The notes beneath the pieces were generated by a model that saw only the letters and a list, made by a program, of their open reading frames with translations, did no database searches and had not been told where the DNA came from. Shown piece after piece: positions 14,963 to 25,947 of a stretch of 64,000 nt of DNA. Origin of the DNA: the human T2T-CHM13v2.0 reference genome, Homo sapiens; NCBI RefSeq assembly GCF_009914755.1, contig NC_060929.1; one strand, written 5' to 3'. The translations under genes and the position numbers were made by a program. Every line of letters starts with the position of its first letter. Position 1 is the stretch's first letter.

Positions 14963-16060
14963 TATATCAGTCAGCAATTGCCACAATAAAGCTGAGTCCC
15001 TCAGACTCAGTGGCAGACAACAATAAGTGATTCTTTTTAGGATAATGGGTCTGTAGGTTGACTCAGAGCAGATGGATTAATACAGACTGGGCTCAGCTGG
15101 GTGGCTCTGCTTCTAGCTGCTGATTGAGTTGCCCTTGCTTCCTTCTTACATGTGGGGCTCAGAATTCTTCCAAGTGTATTTATTCTGGGACCCATAGAGA
15201 AGGGCATTCAGCTACCTGGGGAAGTTATTCTTATGGTGATGATTGAAGAACCAGAGATCAAACCATCCTTGCATGCACATTTCAAGCCTCTGCCTGCATG
15301 TCCTGTGCTAATATCCCATTGGTCAATGTGGTAGAATGACCTCCAAAGATGTCCATACCTTAATTCCTGAAACCTGTGAGTATGTCACATTTTATGGCAC
15401 ATGGGACTTTACAGATGTAGTTAATATTATGTATTTAATATTATAAACCTTAAAATAGGGGGATTATCTAGGATTGAGTGGACTCAATTTAATCATGTGT
15501 CCTTAAAAGCAGAGAACTTTTTCCAGCTTGAGTGAGAAAGATGCAGCCATAGAGAAGTCAAAGAGACTTGAAGTGTGAAAGGAACACAACCCACCATTGT
15601 TGGAAGAGGCCACACGGAAAGCATGGGAAGAAATGCAGATAGCCTATAGGAGCAAAGACTGGCTTCCTGGTAACAGCTAGCAAGAAAGGGGAGATCAGTC
15701 TTAGCATTACAAAGAACGGAACTCAACCAGCAATTTGAGTGAGGTTGGAAGTGGATTCATTCCTTGAACTTACATAAAAGATCCAGCCCTGCTGATTTAG
15801 GCCTTATGAGACCCTAAGCAGAGGATGCAGTAGAGATCACTGAACTTCTGACCTACAGAAACTATGAGATAATAAATGTTTTAAGCTAATACCTTTGTGA
15901 TAATTGTTTTAAGCTGATACCTTTGTGATAATTTGTTATGACAGCAATAAAAAAAATTACAGACAATGAAAGCCACATAACCAATTCCAAAGCCCAGGGT
16001 CAAGGAAGGCCATTCTGCCTACTGTTTGGCCATGGCCAATGTTGAATGTCATACAGCAGG
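14963..16060 (-). mobile_element. Old MLT1 (H/I/J-like) LTR, split by a younger MLT1 LTR
   Basis: TATATCAGTCAGCAATTGCCACAATAA...GGGCTCAGCTGGGTGGCTCTGCT...ATCCCATTGGTCAA, resuming after 15966 with AAGCCACATAACCAA. Confidence 0.65.
15327..15961 (+). mobile_element. MLT1D/E-like solo LTR
   Basis: TGTGGTAGAATGACCTCCAAAGATGTCC...AAAATTACA; TG...CA ends; 5-bp TSD GTCAA/GACAA. Confidence 0.88.
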
Positions 16061-16538
16061 GCAGTGAAAAATTTGGACCAATATTTCAAACTTCTCCAAT
16101 TAAACTGAAGTGAAAGGAGAACACTCACGTTCAGAGGAAGTTTAGTTAAAATGATTGGGATGTGGGGAGGCTATTAGAAAAACCTTTCTCAAAATACAAA
16201 AGCCTAGAAACAAGAGATATTTAAATAAGCTGTCAAACCAGAGAAGTTTCCAAGTGCTTTTTGGTTTTCATCTGAAACTGGGGTGGGGATGGGTAGGGTT
16301 GGAAAGTCAGGTTTGTATATTTCCCAAAAAACAAGAGAGTGTTTATGGTGCTGATGGGGAGTAGCTGTTAACATTGTAAGATCGATATGTTGGGTGAAAT
16401 CCTAACCAATTAAGGCTCCAACAGTTATTGACCTTTGTAGAGTTTGTCCTTTGAGATTTTCTCAGCAATTTATTAATTCATGCTTGTTGTATTCCAGGGG
16501 CAGATTCTAAGTATGCATGACAGAAAATCTAGAACCTA

Positions 16539-19161
16539 CAGGCATACCTCAGGGATATTGTGAGTTTGGATCAAGAATACCACAATAAAGTAAATATAGC
16601 AATAAAGTGAGTTACACAAATTCTTTGGTTTCCCAGTGCCTATAAAAGTTACATTTGGCAGGGTGCGGTGGCTCACACCTGTAATCCCAGCATTTTGGGA
16701 GGCCGAGGCAGGCAGATCACGAGGTAAGGAGATCGAGACCATCCTGACTAACACAGTGAAACCCCATCTCTACTAAAAATACAAAAATTAGCCAGGTGTG
16801 GTGGTGGGTGCCTGTAGTCCCAGCTACTCTGGAGGCTGAGGCAGGAGAATGACATGGACCTGGGGGGCAGAGCTTGCAGTGAGCTGAGATCAGGCCATGC
16901 AGTCCAACCTGGGCAACAGAGTGAGACTCCGTCTCTAAAAAAAAAAAAAAAAAAAAAAATACATTTACACTATACTGTAGTCTATTAAGTGTGCAATACC
17001 ATTATGCCTAAAATGAATGTATATTAATTAAAAAATTTTTTTACTGAAAAATGCCAGTAATCACCTTAGTCTTCAGCAAATGATCATCTTTTTGCTAGTA
17101 AAGGGTCTTGCCTTGATGTTGATGGCTGCTGACTGATTAGTATGGTGGTTGCTGAAAGTTGAGGTGGCTGTGGCAATTTCTTAAAATAAGACAATAGTGA
17201 AGTTAGCCACATTGATTGACTTCTTTCACAAAAGATTTCTCTGTAACAGGTGATGATGTTTGATACATTTTACCCACAGTAGAACTTCCTTCAAAATTGA
17301 AGTCAGTCTTCTTCAACCCTGCCACTGCTTTATTAAATATGGTTATTGAATATTCTAAGTCCTTTGTTTTCATTTCAACAGTGTTCACAGCATCTTCATT
17401 GGGAGTAGTTTCCATCTCAAGAAACCACTTTCTTTGCCTACCTAGGAGTAACTACTTACCTACTCAAATTTTACCATGAGATTGCAGCAATTCAGTCCCA
17501 GCTTCACAGTCCACTTTTAACTCTAGTTCTCTTGCTTTTTTCCACCACAGCTGCAGTAACTTCCTCCACACTGAAGTCTTGAATCCCTCAAAGCCATCAT
17601 GAGAGCTGGAATCAACTTATTCCAAACTCTTATTCATGTTGTTATTTTAACCTAATCTCATGATTCATGCCTGTTCTTAATATGGCATCTAAAATAGTAA
17701 ATCTTTTCCAGAAGGTTTTCAATTTACTTTACCCAGATCCATCAGAGAAATCATTATTTATGGCAGCTGTAGCTTTACAAAAAGTATTCTTAAATAATAA
17801 GACTAGATATTTGAAATTACTCCTTGATCCATGGGTTTTAGGATGGATGTTGTGTTAACAGGCATGAAAACCGCATTAATCTCCTTGTATATCTCCATCG
17901 GAGCTCTTGAGTGACCAGGTGCATTGTTAATAAGGAATAGAATTTGGAAAAGAATCTTCTTTTCTAAACAGTAGGTCTTACCAGTGGACTTAAAATATTC
18001 AAAAAACCATATCGTAAACAGATAAGCTGTCATCCAGGTTTCGTTGTTCCATTTATAGAGGAAAGGCAGAATACATTTAATATAACTGTTAAGAGCCTTA
18101 GAAATTTGGGAATTATAAATGTGCATTAGCTTCAACTTAAAGTCCTCAGCTGCATTAGACCCTAACAAGAGACTTAACCTGTCTTCTGAAGCTTTGAAGC
18201 CAGGCATTGACTGATCTACATTGAAAATCTGTTGTTTAGTGTAGCCACCTTTACCAATGATCTTAGCTAATCTTCTCAATAACTTGCTACAACTTCTACA
18301 TCAGCACTTACAGCTTCACCTTGTACTTTCATGTTCTGGAAATCACTTCTTTCCTTAAACCTGATGATCCATCCTCTGCTAGCTTCAAACTTTTCTACTG
18401 CAACTTCCTCACCTCTCCTCAGCCTTCATAGAATTGAAGACAGTTAGGGCCATGCTCTGGATTGGGCTCTGACTTAAGGGAATGTTGTTGCCAGTTTGAT
18501 CTTCTTTCTAGACCACTAAAACTTCCCTTGTATTAGCAGGGAGGCTGTTTTCCTTTATATCATTTGTGTGCTCACTGGAATGGGTCTTTTAATTTCCTTC
18601 CGGAACATTTTCTTTGCATTCACAACTTGTCTAACTGTTTGACTTAAGAGGCCTAGCTTTCAGCCTATCTTGGCTTTCAATATGCCTTTCTCACTAAGCT
18701 TTTGATTTAAAGTGAGAGACATGCCACTCATTCTTTCACCTAAACATTTAGAGGCTACTGTAGGCTTACTAACTGGCATAATTTCAATATTTTGTGTCTC
18801 AGGGGATAGGGACGACTGAGAAGAGGGAGAGAGATGGGGAAACAGCTGGTCAGTGGAGTAGTCAGAACACACATTTATGGGTTAAATTTTCTGTTTTATA
18901 TGGGTATGACTCATAATGCCCCAAAGCAATTACCATAGGAACACTAAAGATCACTGGTCACAGATCATCATAACAAATATAGTAATAATGAAAAAGTTTG
19001 AAATTTTGTGAGAATCACTAAAATGTGACACAGAGACATGAAGTGAGTCCATGCTGTTGGAAAAATGGCATCAGTAGACTTGCTTGACACAGGGTTGCCC
19101 TAATCCTTCAATTATTAAAAAAAATAAATAAAGCAAAGTGCAATCAAATGAGGTATGCCTG
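16539..19161 (-). mobile_element. Tigger1 DNA transposon, near full length, decayed transposase, interrupted by an Alu
   Basis: Terminal inverted repeats CAGGCATACCTC...GAGGTATGCCTG flanked by TA; minus-strand frames (17803-18279 [12 protein letters not shown]...NNAPGH...[15 protein letters not shown]; 17203-17415; 18660-18872) match Tigger1/pogo transposase. Confidence 0.96.
16657..16959 (+). mobile_element. Alu (AluY/Sc8-like) inserted in Tigger1
   Basis: GAGATCGAGACCATCCTGACTAACACAG and GCAGAGCTTGCAGTGAG diagnostics; TSD ending TACATTT. Confidence 0.97.
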
Positions 19162-19517
19162 TATTCTGCCTTGCACCTATAATTCTGGCTGACTGATGCA
19201 GGCAGTGAGTCACCTAGCAACGGATGCCAAGGAACCAAATCCACCTGTTTCCAAGGAGATGGAGTTAAGCTTCTTTAGGGAAGCCACGGTTAGAGATGAC
19301 AGCTCACTCTGAATATGTGGCACATATTCTATGTACAGCTCTGCCCTAGACCACTCACTTTTATCAGATTTGGAAGACCTGGTGGAATCTGAGGCCATAG
19401 CAACCCAACCAAAATGGGTTCAATTTGTGTGTTGGAGAAATGTGTATCCATTTCACCTCCATGAAAAATGAGCTCTTGTGTCTGAGAAGCCATTTTTTGC
19501 CATGGGAATCTGAAGAA

Positions 19518-19695
19518 CAGTGGTTAAGGGGGCTCAGTTGGCGGTGTGAATCTTCAGCTTTCTTCATTCCTAATTGTTTGACTTTGGGAAAAGTTCTTAA
19601 TCTCACTAAACCTGATGCTACTAATCTGTAAACAAGGGCTATAATAGTACCCACCTCGTAGGCAGAGAGCCATTTTGAGGTTCAAATAACAGCTA
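19518..19695 (+). mobile_element. MIR SINE
   Basis: CAGTGGTTAAG...GACTTTGGGAAAAGTTCTTAATCTC...ATCTGTAAACAAGGGCTATAATAGTACCCACCTC. Confidence 0.75.
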
Positions 19696-19737
19696 TTGTT
19701 ATGATTCAGGGTCAAGCAGAATGTAATCAGCTGGATT

Positions 19738-19850
19738 GCAGGAGAATAGGTTTAGAGTTGACATAAAAAGGAATGTCTCTGCAGGAAGAGTTACAAATAT
19801 TACCGTGAAAATTTATAGAAACTCCTTCCATGAAGACTTTGGCAATAATG
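19738..19850 (+). mobile_element. L3/CR1 LINE fragment
   Basis: GGTTTAGAGTTGACATAAAAAGGAA...AAACTCCTTCCATGAAGACTTT resembles the CR1 3' region. Confidence 0.5.
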
Positions 19851-19904
19851 CTGACTATAAAATTACGTGATGGTTGTTTCTGGCCACTCAAGATTTTACA
19901 CAGT

Positions 19905-20120
19905 CAAGTAAGTGGCTGTCATCCCCTCAAAGTTACCACCTTGGAGATTTATACCCTGATTCCAATGATATTGCTTTTTAGCAAACTTTCTTTGGTATCT
20001 CATCACTAAAATGGCCTTCAGAGCATGTAATGTTTTCCCTTCAACATCCCTTTATAGAGTAAAACCGTCATCCTAGAGCTGATCTGACTTTTAGAAACAA
20101 ACAAAAGTCATTCAAAACCA
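19905..20120. mobile_element. MARNA (ancient mariner) fragment
   Basis: TCAAAGTTACCACCTTGGAG...GCCTTCAGAGC...TTTTAGAAACAAACAAAAGTCATTC matches the remembered MARNA consensus. Confidence 0.65.
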
Positions 20121-21072
20121 GTAAAGAGAAGGGACTATACAATGAGAAAGAATCATATGTAGCACTGAGATTTGCATTCACGCGTTCTTTACATGAAGAG
20201 ATTAGAAACGAAAAGGACTTCTTTACATCTTATATATGATGCTTTAGCTGCAAATGCCCTGGAACCTGTTTTTTTCTTGGATAGTTGACACACAATTGTT
20301 TATCATGTTTTCTATCCTTTGTGGCGGGCCTGAAATATAATAAAAAGTCTTTTTAAAAGACTAATTTTTGAAACAAAAAAACCAATTGGGAATCTGGCTT
20401 CCCCAAAAGCCACTCCTTCTTAACTGCTTCCAGAATCTCATAATTTGCTTCCCTAACTCTCTCATGATTTGGTCACATCCAGAGCCTATTTAATGGGAAA
20501 TATTTCTAATCTCCCTTAACAGATGGATTCTATCTGTTTAAGACTCACACCTGATTAGCGGAGAGCCTTATCTAGTGAGGATTGCCAATGATTAAACTTC
20601 CACTGCTTTTGCTACCAGAATCTCACATTTCCAACCAACTGCCACAGGACACACTCACATTCCTGGTGGATATTTAGATGAATACTAATGACTGATCCGT
20701 GTGCCAAATCACAGGTTGCTAACTGTCCTCTGCAACATTGGTGTTACTGCCATTCTCATGAACCAAGTTAGTTCATCCCAGAGGGACCAAACCCAAGAGT
20801 GAATTAGGCAGATGAGTTGGAAGGGAATGCAGAATCCACTAAGAGCAAAAAAATTGTGTGGAGAGTCCCCAAAGTTTCCTAAGCCAAGAATTTTATCCTT
20901 TTTTTTGGATCTGCTTCTCCAGCCTCCCTCCACCCCAGCACATTCACATTTTCTCTGAAATCCTCCACGGAGCAGTATCACCTCAGGACTTGTGTTCTGG
21001 GTAAAGAACTCCCCAATGCAAGCAAAGCCTGCCTTGATCATAATACCCAGGTCTTCTAAAATGTCTCTGCTA

Positions 21073-21088
21073 AGGTCACTTAAGGTCA
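21073..21088 (+). promoter_or_regulatory. Perfect DR4 nuclear-receptor element (AGGTCA-CTTA-AGGTCA), candidate TR/RXR or LXR/RXR site
   Basis: Exact consensus visible; function not shown. Confidence 0.45.
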
Positions 21089-21735
21089 CTTGTCTGGACA
21101 AGTGTCTACACTATGACTGATGACCTGGAGGCTCTGTATGACTGTGCTGGCTGTAAAACTGTGGGGCAATTGGTCTGGCTGAGTACTGGGCCCTCTGTCC
21201 CTGTTGGGCAGAGTCCTGGCTACTTTCAACCTCGATCTGAAGCTCTCCTCAGGGACGGGTTCCCACTTGCAGCTCTCTCTCTGGTGAGAAAGAACAATGC
21301 GAGGAGAGGCTCTGGCCCCTAATATTTCTGAGTTTGGCTACAATTTGTTGATGGGTCACACAGGTGGTACCCTCCCTCACTCTTACCCCTGCATGGAAGT
21401 CCCTGCTAATTGATCCAAACTATCTTTCCTGGTGAAGATGGAGTCATTCTCTAAATTATATTTGCATAACAGTTTTCGAAACCACAATCAATCAATAGGT
21501 GTTAGCATGCAAAATGAAACATATTTGCTCTCAAGATTCTTGGCCAGATCCAAGGAGCTCAGAAAGCATAAGCTCTATGAGCTGCTTCCTCCCATATTTT
21601 TTTAAATGACAAGAAACATATTCATAATATGCATAAACATCTAAATGTTACTGCTGTAGAATCAGAACGTCTGAAAAGTTAGAACAACTTTGGAGACTTC
21701 ATTTTGCAGAAGAGGAAATGGAGTCCTATGGTAAA

Positions 21736-21738
<3 letters not shown>

Positions 21739-21773
<35 letters not shown>
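21739..21773 (+). repeat. (CT)n microsatellite
   Basis: Directly visible. Confidence 0.95.
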
Positions 21774-21776
<3 letters not shown>

Positions 21777-22335
21777 GCTATTGGGCATCTGAAGCCCTCT
21801 TACAAATGGGAAATTCCTCAGCTCATGAGTCTCAGTAGGAAGCAAAGCTTGATTTTCACTCTAGATGCTGAAAACCTCAAACTTTCACCTTCTCAGCCTC
21901 CCTTGCAGCTAAGTATGGGCACATGACCAAGGCTGCACTAATCTGAAGTACCTATTCCAAATTCTGAATTGGGAGCTTGAGATGTAAAGAGGTAGGGAGA
22001 TTCCCTTCTGATGGTGGGCAGTGGCAGTCGTGATTTCAGGAGCTCCAGGCTTGATGCTGCAATGCAGTATTCTTGCTCAGTTCTGGCAACAGCAATGGTG
22101 TCCTCCCTGACTGGTTTTGTTGTGTGGTTTGCTTACAGTCCTAGTTGCTTCCAGGACCTCATGTTCCTGAGCATTTTCCAAGCTTGTCCTATGCCCTTCG
22201 TGGTTGTCCCGAGAGCTACTTCATGTCTTCTTAATAAAATACTTACCTGCTTAAGTCAGCCAAAGTTTTAGTTTTTTTGTTCTTATGCTTTTGTTTTTGT
22301 TTTTTAGTTTCTTGCATCCCAGACCCCTGACTCTT
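21773..22335 (+). mobile_element. LTR33-like (ERVL) LTR
   Basis: CTTCTCAGCCTCCCTTGCAGCTAAGTATGGGCACATGACC and end TAATAAAATAC...CTGCTTAAGTCAGCC. Confidence 0.7.
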
Positions 22336-22573
22336 ATGTGGCCCATGGGGTACAAATAATCAATAGGCTCTTGTAGCAGAGCTGGGGTTGGGGCCACTTA
22401 AACCCTAGCCCTTTGTGATTTACTCAGGGCACCAACCTTGCTCTTACTATGTTAATGTCATTTCTCATCTGATTCTCTACTTTCTGCTGGGAAATGCTAT
22501 AATATCTCTGCCTTTTCTCTCCATTCAAAGTGAAGGAATAAACAAAGTAAGATAGAATATAGGATCAGTTTAC

Positions 22574-22641
22574 ATTTCTCACTAATATAGGCAGTCACTG
22601 TACAGTAAGTAAAAATTTAGGTGCCTATATTAGTGAGAAAT
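22574..22641. repeat. Perfect 20-bp inverted repeat, 28-bp spacer
   Basis: ATTTCTCACTAATATAGGCA (22574-22593) / TGCCTATATTAGTGAGAAAT (22622-22641). Confidence 0.95.
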
Positions 22642-22844
22642 AGATTGGACAAAGAGGGACCTTAAACTCAAAATACCCATGATCTAAGAAATTTAGAAGA
22701 GTGTCTCTCTTTCCCATAAACTAGAGTGGTGTAGAGTGGGGGGCTCCAGGCTGTTGGAGATCCAGGCTCTTTTCCTCTTATTTCTCTTTCACCATCAGCA
22801 CTAGGGGTCTGTCTCATGGTGTGTTGTGATCAACATATGGTTTT

Positions 22845-22930
22845 AGACACATGGCCTGCAGAGCTGAATGTGTTTACCATCCAGCCTTTAAAAAAAAAAA
22901 AGAAGAAGAAGAAGTGTGCAGACACCTGCT
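22845..22930 (+). mobile_element. MER58-like (hAT-Charlie) 3' fragment
   Basis: ATGGCCTGCAGAGCTGAATGTGTTTACCATCCAGCCTTTA...GTGTGCAGACACCTG. Confidence 0.55.
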
Positions 22931-25059
22931 AAAATTCTTCCCCACTCCAGTGTCAAAAATTTGAGTGGATGTTATTCTGGGTTCTTACAGAGGGTCTGGT
23001 GGGGGCTGGGCTCCAGCAGCACCTACTGTGCCACTCTGACCCTGCCGGCAACAACAGTGGGTGACGCCCTTTGGAGAGGCAAGGTCAGCTCTCAGTTAAA
23101 GTTATCAAGCTAAGGTGAAAACAAAGTCCTCCCTCAGAGTGATGTCCACATGGGCAACATAGATATGCCTCTTCTGTGGCAAATGCTGGTCACAGATGCC
23201 ACAATGCCAGGAGACGGAAGCTTTCAGCTTAAACTTTTCCAGCCAAATTTAATATCTGATCAGATAAAATGATTGCATCATATTTCTTAAGTAGAGGACG
23301 AATTCTGACTAGCCTGGCCTTTATTCCTCTTGAGAATCATCAAAATTTATTCTGTAATCAATGTCACAAAAGTCCCCAGAGAAATAAAGGATATCACCTA
23401 TTAAAAGGAGGAACATTATTTAACATCTCTCAAAGCCAAGATTTCACCTACTAATCATCTTCAACTCTTTCTTCATTTGGTCAGTGATCACCAATTCAAA
23501 CAAGCAGAGATACCCATGGTAGTAACCAGTATTTTGTAATAGGCTACATTCTCTCACTCCAATGCACATACATGGTAATTATAAAAAGCCTTCTTTTGAA
23601 TAGTTTATTACTGATGCTATCCTGTATCCAGAACAGGCACTCTAACTTTTAACTTTTAGTTGTCTTTCCTCCTTCAGATTCTGAAAGCAATTCCTTTAAG
23701 CTATGAAATCTACACTGACATCTATCATCTTAAAAAGCAGGACTCCCACCTCTTTGAACACATAAAGAATGTTTTTTTTTTTTTTTTTTGACATTGGCTG
23801 GTCAAGGTTGACATGTAAGTGTTAAAATCATGGCACATTTCAGTAATTGCAACTTCCCCAGTCTGTGGAAGGTCTGATAAATGGTCATCGTGTGAACAAC
23901 AGCACTAACAATTACTATTTGCAAAAACACTTGGACAATTTCAAAGTGTTTTTATATGAACTTTAAAAAAAAACTAAATCTTCCAGCCCATTTTTGAGTT
24001 GCTTCATCCAGCCAAAATGTCAACCTGGAGCAAATAATGATTATTACAATGATTATTACAATATTTTTCTTTAACAGAAAAACCAATTCTATAGCAGTCT
24101 CAGTAGAAGTTCAGCAAATATTCCTAAAGAAAAAAGGGAAAATAGCTCCAGGTCTGCTTGATAGACATCAAACTACCCCAAATTATAGACTGAGCAGACA
24201 AGATTACACAATGGGGATGCTATGAAAATCGAAAGCATTGATTTTTTTTTTTTAAGGCAGAACACAGATTCCCAATACTGAGATAACACCTAATGCTCTA
24301 GCTGGGAAACACAAAGCAACCACGGCCACGGTCGGGAGTGGGTGTGGGTTGCAGCTGCATGTCTAAGCAGGTGCTTGCAAGACCATGGGGGGCAATTCAG
24401 TTCCCATAGGAAAAACAAGGCCAGCTTCTCTCAGATGCTGCTCTACATGACATTACAGAGCCTCTCTGCTGGGTTTTAGACCAGCAACGTGCCATCAGAT
24501 GATGACAGCCCTTTACATCTTTGAGTTCATAAGCTGGGATTAGCTCAGGTCAATGAACCATTTCCTGGAGTGCACTGTGCACTGTGCAACCCAGGAACTC
24601 ACTGAAGAGAGATGGGGTTGGAGGACAAGTAAATCGGCATGAGCTGAAGTTTCCTTCTTTGCATGGTCAACATGATGGACAGTTCTCTCCTGGCCCAGAA
24701 CAGTCTCTCAGCCACAGAGCTGCTGCTAGATGGAGAGGGCGGCTCCCTCACACTCACATCAGGAGGTGGCGGGGAAGAGAAATGCTGTAGAAGGCTGGTC
24801 TCGCTCTTCCTTTCTTCAGTAAATTTTAATCTGTTATATTTAATTTAGAAATGCCAGAAACAAACCAGAAAGACAAATTGAGTCCACCAAAGTTTCTCTA
24901 ATATAATATACATATCATTCGACATAACAGTTCTGAAAATACTGATTTATCAATTACTGTTATTTATTTATTTATTTTTTAAATCAGTTTTGTGGTTTGT
25001 TGTAACCTGTCTTGGTGGTTGCGAATAGTAAATATAAATACTACGTGACTCTTGCTCTA

Positions 25060-25370
25060 CCTTTGGTCTTCACTTACCATCTCACTTCTTGCCTTTTCCC
25101 CTTCCCTTCATGCTGCTCCAGCCACAATGAACTGCTTTTTCTCTCTACAACACTGTGCTCCTTCCTGTCTTAGAGATTTTGCATATTCTGTTTTATCTAG
25201 CTGTAGCCTCCCCTCCATCTGATCTTCAGGTATCAGCTTGGAAGAAAATTTTCTGTGGGAGGCATTTTTCACCCCTAGATAAAATTATATTCTCTTGCTG
25301 TGCAATTTTATAGCACCTTGAATGTCCTTTGTCTTCATCATAATAATGGTGACTACTTACACAACACAGG
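25060..25370 (+). mobile_element. L2 fragment
   Basis: CTCCAGCCACAATGAACTGC...CCTTCCTGTCTTAGAGATTTTGCATATTCTGTT...TCTTCAGGTATCAGCTT. Confidence 0.6.
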
Positions 25371-25504
25371 GTGCTAGACACTGCTCTAAGAATATGCACA
25401 CGCTCATACACAACAGATATATTCATATACCTACATATCTATATATGTATCTAACTATCTATCTAGGTTCAGTTGAGGATTGAATGAGTATATAGCAGCA
25501 ATGG

Positions 25505-25640
25505 AATAGATAGACAGATAAATGGGTATGTTGGTACGTAGGTAGTTAGGGAGGTAGGTGGATGGATGGATGGATGGATGGATGGATGGATGAATGGATG
25601 GATGGATGAATGGATAGATAGGTGACAGATAGATAGATAG
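25505..25640 (+). repeat. (GGAT)n / (GATA)n compound microsatellite
   Basis: Directly visible. Confidence 0.92.
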
Positions 25641-25947
25641 TCTTGCACTTTCTGCCATTTCCCTGTGTAATATGAAATGCCCCATAGTAAGTATCCAACT
25701 GACAATTATAAAATGCCATAATGCTTCTTCAGACCATCAGCCTCTTCTGTGTGTATATTCTCAGGAACAGTGCCAGCATAGGTAAAAATAGCACAAAACA
25801 CAATTTTGTGTGCATCCCTGGTAAGATCAGCTATCTCAAGAATTTTGCTCAGTGAGGGCCATGCTTGGCTTTGCCCAAGAAGGGTGAAAATAAATCTATC
25901 TGTCAATAAAAGAGTGATACTGTGGGTTGAAGAAAGCATGCATTGGC

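Noticed and set aside
17803-18279. Possible domesticated TIGD/CENP-B-like gene
   Set aside because: Part of a frameshifted Tigger1 with TIRs and damaged catalytic motifs
21460-21474. OCT4-SOX2-like composite ATTTGCATAACAGTT
   Set aside because: Octamer is perfect but the SOX half lacks the ACAA core
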